DNA from: an uncultured Nitrospina sp.
GTDB lineage: Bacteria > Nitrospinota > Nitrospinia > Nitrospinales > VA-1
Length of the DNA stretch: 60,369 nt
Direction of reading: 5' to 3'
Assembly: GCA_964510965.1 (NCBI GenBank)
Contig: CAZECX010000004.1
Coordinates: 1-60,369, forward strand
Part shown: in pieces, positions 21,210-30,966 of the stretch
Layout: every line of letters begins with the position of its first letter
Numbering within the stretch: position 1 is the first letter of the stretch
Program-made: the position numbers and the translations under genes
The notes under the pieces: model-generated
Told to the model about the DNA's origin: nothing
Databases searched by the model: none
The model's input: the letters and a program-made list of their open reading frames with translations, nothing else

Positions 21210-22142
21210 TTAAATAGAGACCACCTTGTTCCTGCCCCCTTCTTTTGCGGCGTAAAGGCGCTCGTCCGCAATTTTTAAAAGTTCATCCAGTTTCATTTCT
21301 TCTCCTGTGTGGCAACTCACTCCAAAACTCATGGTGACTGAAAAATCTTTGCCATTGAATTTAAATTTTTCCCCTTGAATGGCTTTGCACATTAACTCCG
21401 AAACTTTTGTGCCACCCACCAGGTTGGTTTGAGGCAGGACGGCCAGAAACTCCTCTCCTCCCCAACGTGAGAGAAAATCCACTTTCCTTATTTCCTTTTT
21501 GAGTGTACTGGCAACTCCTTTAAGAATGAAGTCGCCTGCATCATGTCCATGCTGGTCATTAACTTTCTTAAAAAAATCAATATCCCCCATAATGATCACA
21601 AAAGTTTCTCTATACCGTTCATATCTGGATTGCTCATTATTTAAAACCTCCATTACGTCTCTACGATTAGAGAGTCCCGTTAAGGGATCAATTCTGGAAA
21701 GTGAGTCTAGTTTTTGGATCAACTGGTTTTTTTCTTTAATCAATCTTCTTAGAGATAGATGCGTTTTAATTCTCACCAAAACTTCCATCCCTTTGAAAGG
21801 TTTGACAATATAGTCGACTCCTCCCAACTCAAACCCTTTCACTAGATTTTCCGTTTCCGCCATTGCAGTGACAAATATAACAGGTATGCTTTGGGTCTCA
21901 GGGTTCGCTTTCAGCTTTTCGCATAATTCATAGCCACTGATTCCAGGCATCATGATGTCGAGTAAAATGAGATCGGGTTTGTGTTTCGAGATAACCTTCT
22001 CTGCAATTTCTGCATTCGGCGCCGCAAAGATATTGAGATCCTCCCGTTTTAAAATGCCACTAAGCACATCAATATTTTGCGGGGTATCATCGACAATCAA
22101 AACGCTCATGTCAGCGAATATATTTTTTTCAGAATCCGGCAA
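21210..22142 (-). CDS. REC-GGDEF diguanylate cyclase
   Basis: REC domain, DPLTGLSNRR, DIDFFKKVND, RKVD I-site followed by RWGGEEF. Confidence 0.94.
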   Translation of the reverse strand: MPDSEKNIFADMSVLIVDDTPQNIDVLSGILKREDLNIFAAPNAEIAEKVISKHKPDLILLDIMMPGISGYELCEKLKANPETQSIPVIFVTAMAETENLVKGFELGGVDYIVKPFKGMEVLVRIKTHLSLRRLIKEKNQLIQKLDSLSRIDPLTGLSNRRDVMEVLNNEQSRYERYRETFVIIMGDIDFFKKVNDQHGHDAGDFILKGVASTLKKEIRKVDFLSRWGGEEFLAVLPQTNLVGGTKVSELMCKAIQGEKFKFNGKDFSVTMSFGVSCHTGEEMKLDELLKIADERLYAAKEGGRNKVVSI

Positions 22143-22467
22143 ACCCTTATCTCCTATACGTTAATCAGCTTTGTCTTTAATGGTTCAGTATTAAAAACCA
22201 ATATGCAAACGATTTTCACCGATTCATTGGCAAAAAGAGCTGTTGTTTATTGGAACAGTTTGAATTTACACCCCAAATGGGGGGTAGATAATTTTTGAGG
22301 GATTTATTAGCAAAAATCACTTTTAAACAAGATTTTTATTTCAATTATTTTCCTCTCTGTTACCCTTTTATAGATAAATTCAACAATAATTTGCGTCGAA
22401 ACCGGTTTTTTTAACCAGGGCTCTCCTCTATTTAGGTAATAGCCGGAAAGTCCCCGGCAGAGAAAAA

Positions 22468-25233
22468 ATGAGAATAAATATACGAAACAAAATTATATTG
22501 GGCACTGTCATAACCCTGGCTATGGTAATTCTTCTGGCTTTTTTCTCAAACCAAAGTATTCGTTCGTTGGTTTCAACCGGCCACTGGGTGGAACATACCC
22601 ATGAGGTTCTAAAAAAGTCTTATTTAATTGAGAAGTTAGTTGTGGATCTGGAGACAGGGAAGCGGGGATATTTAATTGCAGGTAAAGAGGGGTTCCTGGA
22701 ACCGTATGAGTCTGCAAATACGGTATTGCATTCGGTTGTATCTGAAACTAAAGCTCTGGTTTCGGACAATCCGGCACAGGTAGAAAGATTAGAAGAAATA
22801 GTAAAATTGATAGAGCTTTGGAAAACAAAAGCAGGGGTACCAGCAATTAAAAAACGTAAAGAAGTTGCCGAAAATTCTAAGGCCGTTGCAGATTTTAAAT
22901 CATTGCACACTCGAACGGTGGGAAAAGAAATTTTCGACAATATTCGATATGAGTTTGAAACAATGAGCTCAGAATTCCAAGCAGCAAAAAATACGAAGGC
23001 AACCCTCCTTTCTATAGAGGCATTAAAAGCTTTGGTAGACATGGAAACGGGGCAGCGAGGATTCCTGTTAACAGGTAAGGAGATAAGTCTAGAACCTTAT
23101 ACCCATGGCCAGAAAGTTTTTGATACCAAACTAGGAGAATTAAAAGCTTTAATAAAAAAAGGCAAGGGAAAGCGCACCCTCAAACGAAGCCTTTCCCGCA
23201 TCGAGGAATTGGTGGGTCTATGGATGGCAAAAGCTGCGATTCCTGAAATTCAAGCGCGCCGGGACGTGGATTCCCTGACAGCCACTATGGAAGATGTTAC
23301 TTCCCTGATCGAAGCCGGAACGGGCAAACGGATTATGGATGATCTCCGCAAGCAACTGCTGGAATTCAGACAGGCGGAAAGGGAGTTGATGACCGTCCGG
23401 AAATTGGAAGCCGAGCGCACAGTATTCCAAACGAAAACATTGACCTCTGTTGGAACCCTGATTGTTGTTTTATTATCTTTATTTTCCTCGTTTTGGCTCG
23501 CTGGCAATATTTCCAAACCTATCAAATTGTTAAGAAATGCCAGTGAAGGTATCAGTAAGGGGGTCTACCCAGGTAAAATTTATTTCGAATCAGACGATGA
23601 GGTTTCTGACTTGGGAAATGCTTTTGAAACTATGGTTGGCCAGATACAATCGAATGAAAAAGTTATTTTAACAAAAAAAGAAGAAGCTGTTAGAGCTCAA
23701 CGTGCCGCTGAGTCTGCAAGAACCCAAGCCGAAGTAGCAAAAGAAGAAGCTGTTAGAGCTCAACGTGCCGCTGAGTCTGCAAGAACACAAGCCGAAGTAG
23801 CAAAAGAAGAAGCTGAAGTAGCCAAGGTAGATGCGGATAAAGCCAATCAATCCAAATCCATATTTTTAGCAAATATGAGCCATGAAATCAGAACGCCTTT
23901 GAACGCTGTTTTAGGTTACGCTCAAATTCTTAAACGGGATGAGTCTTTAAGTGAGGAACAATATGAAGCCATTCTTACCATTGATAAAAGCGGAAACCAT
24001 TTGCTGGGGCTGATCAATGACATTTTAGATATTTCAAAAATCGAAGCCGGAAAACAGGAGATAAATAAGGAGGACTTCGATCTGGGAGCTTTGATGAATG
24101 AATTGCGATCTGTTTTTTCTGCCCGCTGTGGTGAAAAACAGCTTGCGTTGAATATGGAAGAATACCCTGAGGACGAAAATCTCGTGAACGGAGATTTAGG
24201 GAAGCTGAGGCAGGTTTTGATAAATCTGATTGGCAATGCGGTTAAATTCACAGAATCGGGCTCTGTCGGATGCAAGTTCAGCAAACAGGAAACCAATAAC
24301 CACTACCTGTTTGAGGTGGTCGATACGGGACCGGGGATACCCAAGGATGCCGTAGAGCACATTTTTGAACCCTTTCAGCAGGATGAAGAAGGCGTGAAGA
24401 AGGGCGGGACGGGACTTGGCCTTGCCATATCCCGCAAACAAGTCGTTCAAATGGGAGGCGAATTGGATGTGGAATCAGAACCTGGAAAAGGGTCGCATTT
24501 TTTCTTTTCCTTACCCCTTGAGCGCAGAAAGGGAAGAAGACCCGGGTCCGCTAAAAAGCAGGATTCCAAGTATGATGATGTAGTAGCTATCAAGGATGGT
24601 TATAAAATCCACGCACTGGTTGTGGATGATGTAAAAGAGAACAGAGATGTGTTGGCCATGTTTTTACATAGCCTGGGAGTTGATGTTGTAAAAGCGGAAA
24701 ACGGTCAAGTGGCTTTGGAGAAAATCGAAAAGGATGAACCTGATATCATTTTCATGGACATCCGTATGCCTGTGATGGATGGGGTTGAAGCGTTCGAAGC
24801 GATTAAGGAAAAGTACCCTGAATCGGATATGAAAATTATCTGTATAACAGCATCGACGTTACGACATCATCAAGAAAAGTATATTGAAATGGGCTTTGAT
24901 TCTTATGTTCCCAAACCGTTCCATCACAATCAAGTTCTGGAGGTTCTGGAAGAAAATTTAGATATTGAATACAAATACAGAGAATCTAAAAAAGTTAAAA
25001 CAGTCCAGGAAATGAATGAAGAGGTTGATTGGGCCAAGTTGAAAATCCCTCCTGAAATTAAAACCCAGATTTTGAAAGCCGCTGACTGTTACTCCATTAC
25101 AGGTTTGGAAAATTCTATAGATCAGTTGGGTAATATGGAGAATGGCGGAAAAGAACTGGAAGGCATATTGAAGAAGTTGGTAAAAAGTTACGACATGGAG
25201 GGAATCATAGAAGTCATGCAGAAAATTTCCTGA
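22468..25233 (+). CDS. Hybrid sensor kinase: TM-2xCHASE3-TM-HAMP-coiled coil-HisKA-HATPase-REC
   Basis: Two (D)xETGxRG(Y/F)LxxG...LEPY CHASE3 motifs, [46 protein letters not shown]...IFMDIRMP. Confidence 0.93.
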   Translation: MRINIRNKIILGTVITLAMVILLAFFSNQSIRSLVSTGHWVEHTHEVLKKSYLIEKLVVDLETGKRGYLIAGKEGFLEPYESANTVLHSVVSETKALVSDNPAQVERLEEIVKLIELWKTKAGVPAIKKRKEVAENSKAVADFKSLHTRTVGKEIFDNIRYEFETMSSEFQAAKNTKATLLSIEALKALVDMETGQRGFLLTGKEISLEPYTHGQKVFDTKLGELKALIKKGKGKRTLKRSLSRIEELVGLWMAKAAIPEIQARRDVDSLTATMEDVTSLIEAGTGKRIMDDLRKQLLEFRQAERELMTVRKLEAERTVFQTKTLTSVGTLIVVLLSLFSSFWLAGNISKPIKLLRNASEGISKGVYPGKIYFESDDEVSDLGNAFETMVGQIQSNEKVILTKKEEAVRAQRAAESARTQAEVAKEEAVRAQRAAESARTQAEVAKEEAEVAKVDADKANQSKSIFLANMSHEIRTPLNAVLGYAQILKRDESLSEEQYEAILTIDKSGNHLLGLINDILDISKIEAGKQEINKEDFDLGALMNELRSVFSARCGEKQLALNMEEYPEDENLVNGDLGKLRQVLINLIGNAVKFTESGSVGCKFSKQETNNHYLFEVVDTGPGIPKDAVEHIFEPFQQDEEGVKKGGTGLGLAISRKQVVQMGGELDVESEPGKGSHFFFSLPLERRKGRRPGSAKKQDSKYDDVVAIKDGYKIHALVVDDVKENRDVLAMFLHSLGVDVVKAENGQVALEKIEKDEPDIIFMDIRMPVMDGVEAFEAIKEKYPESDMKIICITASTLRHHQEKYIEMGFDSYVPKPFHHNQVLEVLEENLDIEYKYRESKKVKTVQEMNEEVDWAKLKIPPEIKTQILKAADCYSITGLENSIDQLGNMENGGKELEGILKKLVKSYDMEGIIEVMQKIS
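23677..23802 (+). repeat. In-frame 63-bp tandem duplication (KEEAVRAQRAAESARTQAEVA x2)
   Basis: Units 23677-23739 and 23740-23802 differ at one synonymous position (ACC/ACA); followed by a partial KEEAEVA. Confidence 0.95.
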
Positions 25234-25261
25234 TTAATTTTGAACTTATGAGGGCAGAACC

Positions 25262-26095
25262 TTGAATGGATTTTATGACGGCGAATTGGCAGGAATGAAT
25301 GTCTTGATTGTTGATGACACTCCGCAAAATATCGATGTGCTGGGTCACATAATGACCCGAGGCAATTTGAATCTTTCAGTTTCTCCGAGTGGAGAAAAAG
25401 CTCTTGAAGTCATTGGAAAAAACAAACCCGATTTGATCTTGTTGGATGTGATGATGCCCGGTATGGATGGCTATGAGGTTTGTGAAAAATTAAAACAGGA
25501 TGAGAGCACTAAAGATATCCCAATCATTTTTATAACAGCTCTTTCAGAAGTAGAAAATATCGTAAAAGCCTTCAAGGTTGGTGGAATAGATTATATAACC
25601 AAACCCTTTAAGGAAGAGGAAGTGATTTGCAGGACTGCCAGCCAGCTCAAATTGAAAAAAACTCTAGATGAACTGACTAAAAGTCAGAACGATTTAATTC
25701 AAAGTGAGAAATTACACCGGTCGATAGTTGAAAAAGTGCCTGAACTTATTTTCCAATTGGATCACAATCGAAACTTCACTTTTGCCAACAATGCTTTTTT
25801 CGGATTGGGTTATGAATCTGAAGAGTTGATAGGAAAGCCTCTGGAAGAATTGATCGCATCTGAAAATAAAGAACAACTCATTGAAGAAATTGCAACCCGT
25901 TTTGTAGGCCCTCTTGCCCCCACAGACATTGATGTTGAATTGAAAGTAAATTCGGAATCTTCCATGTATGAAATAATGCAAACATCAAAGGCTCTTGTTA
26001 GCTCGGTTGGAATCTGGAATGTGCCGGATGAAGAAGTTTTTAAAAAGGAAACCGATAAAGAATTCCTGGGAACCCTTTGCATCGGGAAGCTCTGA
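25262..26095 (+). CDS. REC-PAS response regulator without a recognisable output domain
   Basis: TTG start; VLIVDDTPQN/PDLILLDVMMPG REC, then PAS (IVEKVPELIFQLD...FANNAF...GYESEELIGK). Confidence 0.85.
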   Translation: MNGFYDGELAGMNVLIVDDTPQNIDVLGHIMTRGNLNLSVSPSGEKALEVIGKNKPDLILLDVMMPGMDGYEVCEKLKQDESTKDIPIIFITALSEVENIVKAFKVGGIDYITKPFKEEEVICRTASQLKLKKTLDELTKSQNDLIQSEKLHRSIVEKVPELIFQLDHNRNFTFANNAFFGLGYESEELIGKPLEELIASENKEQLIEEIATRFVGPLAPTDIDVELKVNSESSMYEIMQTSKALVSSVGIWNVPDEEVFKKETDKEFLGTLCIGKL

Positions 26096-26257
26096 TCAAA
26101 ATCTAGAGATGAGGCCCAGATAGGGTGCAGAGCTTTTTTTAGGGAAAGTGGTTTAATTTTTTAAAACTTCTTTCGACAAGTGGGGTGACAATTTTTAACG
26201 GGTGGGGCGAATATTTGCGATAACAGTTCCAATGGGTAGGAAGTTATTTTTGCCGGG

Positions 26258-26485
26258 TTATGCGGGTGGGTTGGTTTCGCTGTATTCGTTGAGTTTGTTG
26301 CGTAGGGTACGGATGCTGATTCCTAACGAGTCGGCAGCTTTTGTTTTGTTACCGCTGACCTCTTCGAGGGTCTGCATGATGAGTTCCTTTTCCATTTCAT
26401 AGATAGTTCCCGACAATCGCGGAGTTCCTTTTTCCTTGGAGTGCAATTCTTCATCGAAGAACAAATGCGATGGCAATAACGTATG
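26258..26485 (-). pseudogene. Duplicated 3' fragment (Fis-type HTH + stop) of the sigma54 response regulator at 41175-42551
   Basis: 228-bp alignment to 41175-41402 with 14 mismatches (8 synonymous, 6 non-synonymous). An unrelated 19-codon leader opens ORF 26258-26545 but has no RBS. Confidence 0.9.
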
Positions 26486-26697
26486 ACCGCCAGCACCAGA
26501 AACAATACAGATCCCACTGGCAATTATGACTTTTGAAAACTGCATTCTAAATCTGGTATAAATAATAAGGCGGGTCTTCGGAGGAGGGCCGACTTACTGT
26601 TTTCCTTTTATTCCTCGTAAAAAAAACTTTTTAAACTTTTCTAGCACGCACAAAAAATTCTGATGTTTTACTTAATACCCGCTATGAGAGACAGAGA

Positions 26698-27819
26698 ATG
26701 AGTAATCTTATTACGATCGGAAAACGTTCATTAGAAGAAGGCAAGTTATGTGCATTGGCCTTTTATTTATTTTATGGAGTCATACTTTTTCTCGGCCTAT
26801 TGCTTTTTACGGTCCATAACCGTCCCCAAATAAATTTGGAGGGACTTGTAGATTTCTCGCTTCCTGGAATTCATAATCAACTGCTTCCACTGCTTTCTGC
26901 TACATTCCTTGGCTACTTATCAATGCGACTGGCTCGTCAGCTCTCAGTTCCTATTGTTAATTCTTTTATTTTGGGAATGGGCACCCAGATGGTGTACCTA
27001 ACTTTCCCCAATAATCTTTGGTTTTTTTGGAAAACCTATCCGGCTAGTTGGTGGATTTTCTATATGGCTGTATTTTGGACTTTAGCAGTGAATCAAAATT
27101 ATGAAGAGCAAAAGGATTATACTTTATCATGGTTGAGCATTTCAGTGCTTGCTGGAATGTATTGGGTAGATTGGATCGCCACATTTATTCTTATAATGTT
27201 TTATTGCATGGTGTCCATGCGAAGACCGACTGTGGTTTCAATGAAAGAGTATTTCTTGCAATTAGCCAAAGCTCCTCTGGTGCTGGGAGTAGGGGTCCTC
27301 GTAGTAAAATATACGTTGATTTATCTAGGTATAAGCCTGCTCACTGGAATTTCCAGCGAGTTTTTCTTGCAGGCTTACTGTGAAGAGGGTGTAAGAGGGT
27401 TGGTGTTAAGGCCATTTCCACCTCAACTTCCGAGTTGGAGTATTCTAATTGTATTAGGAGTCATCTCGACTATTGCAGTGCTTATTTTTGTGGAACGAAA
27501 AGAAAAACTTTTTTTTCATCAAGTTATTTTAATTTCGGGTGTCGCGGCTTTTCTTTTTTCAAAAAAGCTTACTCATGGGGCTTTCCATGAATATGGAGTC
27601 TATGATACTTTCCTGGCGTTCCCGCTTATTCTAGCATTATTAACTCTTGTTCCGGCCTGGCTTGAAAATTTCAATGGACATTCAGGGATATTTATTCTTG
27701 TTGCTACTCTATTGGCTTTTTGCTCTTCTTTTATTCAATTACGAAATTATGCTGTGCTTTATCCCATTCCAGGTCCAAATTTTTATAGTGCTTGCTTGTC
27801 GGGCCCCTTTTATCATTAG
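26698..27819 (+). CDS. Multi-pass membrane protein, paralog of 28294-29613
   Basis: About 10 hydrophobic segments; shares TVH(N/D)R, HxQxxPxLS, TFPxNL and PLILALxxLxPAWLE with 28294-29613. Confidence 0.75.
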   Translation: MSNLITIGKRSLEEGKLCALAFYLFYGVILFLGLLLFTVHNRPQINLEGLVDFSLPGIHNQLLPLLSATFLGYLSMRLARQLSVPIVNSFILGMGTQMVYLTFPNNLWFFWKTYPASWWIFYMAVFWTLAVNQNYEEQKDYTLSWLSISVLAGMYWVDWIATFILIMFYCMVSMRRPTVVSMKEYFLQLAKAPLVLGVGVLVVKYTLIYLGISLLTGISSEFFLQAYCEEGVRGLVLRPFPPQLPSWSILIVLGVISTIAVLIFVERKEKLFFHQVILISGVAAFLFSKKLTHGAFHEYGVYDTFLAFPLILALLTLVPAWLENFNGHSGIFILVATLLAFCSSFIQLRNYAVLYPIPGPNFYSACLSGPFYH

Positions 27820-27859
27820 CAAAACTTTAGAGCAGGAAAATTTATCCAAATCATGGATG

Positions 27860-28249
27860 TTATGGTGAGGGGGGAGGGGTTGAATTTTCTAAGTTTGGTT
27901 CTGGGTTCTGCATAGATTTGGAGCTCTCTTTCCAAATAAGTTTAAGTTCGTAAATTATGGGGCTTATCTTTTCACCAATTTGTCGAATCCGCCGAGCATA
28001 TTGTTGAACTTCTTTTTCCGGTAGCTGTATTAATTTAGCCTCCAAGGCTGGGACTACCCGCGAAGACATCTTAATAACTGTATTGCCTAAAACTACCGTG
28101 CCAATTCCTCCAATTCCTACACAAAGTAGAAGAACAATCATGGTTTTAAAAAAAAATGAAAGAAGCCCTGAAGTGCCATAACCAGGGTTTAAAGCTTCAG
28201 GTTTTAACGGTTTTTCCTTCTGTTTGTTAATTTCTGAATTATTCTCCAT
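27860..28249 (-). CDS. Small single-TM hypothetical protein
   Basis: GGAGG RBS before ATG at 28249 (MENNSE...); one TM helix then an amphipathic helix; co-oriented directly after 28294-29613. Confidence 0.65.
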   Translation of the reverse strand: MENNSEINKQKEKPLKPEALNPGYGTSGLLSFFFKTMIVLLLCVGIGGIGTVVLGNTVIKMSSRVVPALEAKLIQLPEKEVQQYARRIRQIGEKISPIIYELKLIWKESSKSMQNPEPNLENSTPPPSP

Positions 28250-28293
28250 GTTAATACCTCCATAAATTAAATTGAATGAGGCAGGTTTTAATA

Positions 28294-29613
28294 TCAAAAG
28301 TAAGGCGGCATATGGAGCCAGTAAGCAAGCATTTGCCCTCCAGCAAAAGCAAAGGCTGTCAAACCTGAAAAAAGAACAAAGACACCAGAGTTTTGATTTA
28401 AAGTTTCCAACCAAGCGGGCAAAAGTGCGAAAAGAGCCAGAATCAAAGGTAAAGCCAAGAGAGGTTCATAGATGTTAATGTGAATCACTTCATTTTGGCT
28501 AAAAACAAAAGCCATAGGAATAAATGATCCTATACCCAGCAATAAGGTCGTTTGATGGTCCAAATGTTTCTTTGTCCTTTGATTAAAGAAAATTACGGCA
28601 ATGGTTGCTGAAGTACCCAAAAATAAAAGCACCTTCCATTTTGGTAGCCAAGGAACATATTGAGAAAAAAGTAAATCCCAATGGTTGGAATAATATTGGA
28701 TATCTCCATCCAACCCCGTTCGAAAATTAAGGGAAGAGCCGTCCAGAATAATTTGTGGAAAATTTAGTTTTACCCAAAGAATTTGGCCCGTCATGATAAG
28801 TGCTGCCGGCACTGCAGCAAAAACTACCGATTTAAGAAATTTAAAAATATTGAGCTCTCTAGGGGCGATGATTAAAAAAATAAAGCCGTAGGACAACATG
28901 AAAAAAAATGTAATGTAATGATCAATATAAAACATCAAGAAAACAATTAGAATCCAAATTGTTTTACTCTTTCCATCATATCCTTTCCAGTTAAAGTGAT
29001 TGTCAATCAATAAAAAGAGTATTGCAAAAGTTAACCAAACATGAACCTGATAGAAATCGAAGACGGCCGACAGGTTCATGGGGAAAGTTTGGAAAACAGT
29101 GAGTGCACTTAATCCCAAAGCTAAGGAGTGGAAAGAGGATATTTTCATTTGAAGTGACAAGCGCATTGCTAATAATCCGAGAAGAGCAGAGGAGAGCATT
29201 GGAAAAAACTGGCTATGCAAGGCCATAAGGAAATAATTAAATTTGCCGGTGACTTTTACATGAGCTCTTTGAAGAAGATGAGCCAATTGCAAATATCCCA
29301 TTGTTAATGACTTCCAGACTACTTGTCGAGGATCTTCTTCAGCAGATTTCTTGAAAGCCAGGCCGCCATGGACAAAATAGCCATGGTTGATCCAGACTTT
29401 TATGGAATCGTAATTTAGGGGACGCCCTCTTTTTCTAAACTCCTCTTCAGTACGGTCATGTACCGTATTGAAAAGAAGAATAAAAAGGGCGAAGCTGTAT
29501 AGGAAAATTATTACCAATGGCATTCTTACGTTTGCGCAAAGGTTCTGGCGAAGTTTTTCAATTGAAATTGTCATTTTGGGAAAGCTAGAGAAAAAAACAG
29601 AATGGCTAACCAT
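28294..29613 (-). CDS. Multi-pass membrane protein, possible GT-C-type (lipid-linked sugar) transferase
   Basis: TM1, a large acidic/aromatic loop (DRTEEE...NYDS..WINHG), then many TMs and a second loop; lies beside a GtrB-like GT2. The GT-C call is inference. Confidence 0.6.
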   Translation of the reverse strand: MVSHSVFFSSFPKMTISIEKLRQNLCANVRMPLVIIFLYSFALFILLFNTVHDRTEEEFRKRGRPLNYDSIKVWINHGYFVHGGLAFKKSAEEDPRQVVWKSLTMGYLQLAHLLQRAHVKVTGKFNYFLMALHSQFFPMLSSALLGLLAMRLSLQMKISSFHSLALGLSALTVFQTFPMNLSAVFDFYQVHVWLTFAILFLLIDNHFNWKGYDGKSKTIWILIVFLMFYIDHYITFFFMLSYGFIFLIIAPRELNIFKFLKSVVFAAVPAALIMTGQILWVKLNFPQIILDGSSLNFRTGLDGDIQYYSNHWDLLFSQYVPWLPKWKVLLFLGTSATIAVIFFNQRTKKHLDHQTTLLLGIGSFIPMAFVFSQNEVIHINIYEPLLALPLILALFALLPAWLETLNQNSGVFVLFSGLTAFAFAGGQMLAYWLHMPPYF

Positions 29614-29940
29614 ATTCTAAGTTAAAACTGAGCTGAATGTAAAGTTGTGTCAATATGCCAGCCATAAGGTTCAAGTAAGGTTCAAATACTGTTGAAGATC
29701 TGCTGAATCTGGTATAGTACGAGCAGCAAGGGTGATTGCTAGAATAATGTAGTGACAGAGAGTTTCTTTCGCGCTTTCAGGGTGGGATTGATTCACGGAA
29801 AAACTGACAGTTCCCGCCAGGAAGCCAAATCAGCTATTTATCATAATAAATTAAGTTATTTACCACCTTTTCCGCAAAGGATAAGTAACTTATTCGAAAT
29901 TTAGCTACCTACAGAGGGTATTGGTAAAATAATAATCAAT

Positions 29941-30966
29941 ATGGTCAAACTATATAAGATTAGAAAATTTTTAAAGCATTTAAGCTTTATGAGAAGCCCT
30001 GTGTTGGTTAAAAGGATTTTCCAAGGCTACTACAACAGTTTAATCAAGGGAAAAGATACTCTCCGGTCTATTGAACTGGCTATTGACTATAGATGTCAGG
30101 CAACCTGCCACAAATGCTATTCTGCTAATTTGGGTACCCATTTCCCCAATGCGAATTATGTCAATAAGCCCATGATGACGGTAGATGAGATACGTCGTAC
30201 CGTTGACCAAGCGATGGACTTAGGTTTGATTCATGTAAATATTACAGGTGGAGAACCTACGCTTCGAAATGATCTTGCTGAAATTGTAGAAGCTTGCAGG
30301 CCCAGGGAAATTATGGTGTCGCTCGTTACTAATGCTCTTTCTTTATCTAGAGAAAAACTAAAGACATTAAGTGAACTTGGGCTGAACCTTTTGCAAATTA
30401 GCTTGGACTCCGCCGATGCTAAAACTCATGATGAGTTAAGGGGCGTACCTGGGTGCTACGACAAAGTAATGCAAACAGCTGCTTGGGCTAAAGAATTTGG
30501 AATAAATCTTTGCTTTACCACCGTTCTTTCTACCGAAAGCACCAGTAATGGTAGCGAAACTCGTAAATTGCTGGAAATTGCTGAGCGAGAAAATGCCTAT
30601 CTTCTTATTTGTGACTCCGCTTCAGTAGGGGGATGGGAAGATCAAGGAGAAAAGGTGATGACAAGAGAAGAAAGAGACGAAACGCTTTTTGAGCTAATGA
30701 AGCATCCTCTTACCCGGCACCATAATATGTATAATTTTAGAGGTTCAATCGGGTGTCCCGCTTCGCATGAAAAGGTCTATATCACATCCCATGGCGATGT
30801 GACCCCCTGTAATTTAGTTCATGATAGTTTTGGTAATGTTTTGAGTACGCCATTGTTTGATATTCTTGCGGAGATGCGAAAAGACCCTTTATGGTCCCAA
30901 ACCCATGATACTTGCCCGCGATACTTGGAAGAGGAGTTTGCAACTCGTGGTGGAGTTCCCATATGA
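29941..30966 (+). CDS. Radical SAM protein with SPASM/twitch-like C-terminus
   Basis: CQATCHKC, ITGGEP, LVTNA, QISLDS, C-terminal GCPASHEKVYITSHGDVTPC...C. Confidence 0.92.
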   Translation: MVKLYKIRKFLKHLSFMRSPVLVKRIFQGYYNSLIKGKDTLRSIELAIDYRCQATCHKCYSANLGTHFPNANYVNKPMMTVDEIRRTVDQAMDLGLIHVNITGGEPTLRNDLAEIVEACRPREIMVSLVTNALSLSREKLKTLSELGLNLLQISLDSADAKTHDELRGVPGCYDKVMQTAAWAKEFGINLCFTTVLSTESTSNGSETRKLLEIAERENAYLLICDSASVGGWEDQGEKVMTREERDETLFELMKHPLTRHHNMYNFRGSIGCPASHEKVYITSHGDVTPCNLVHDSFGNVLSTPLFDILAEMRKDPLWSQTHDTCPRYLEEEFATRGGVPI

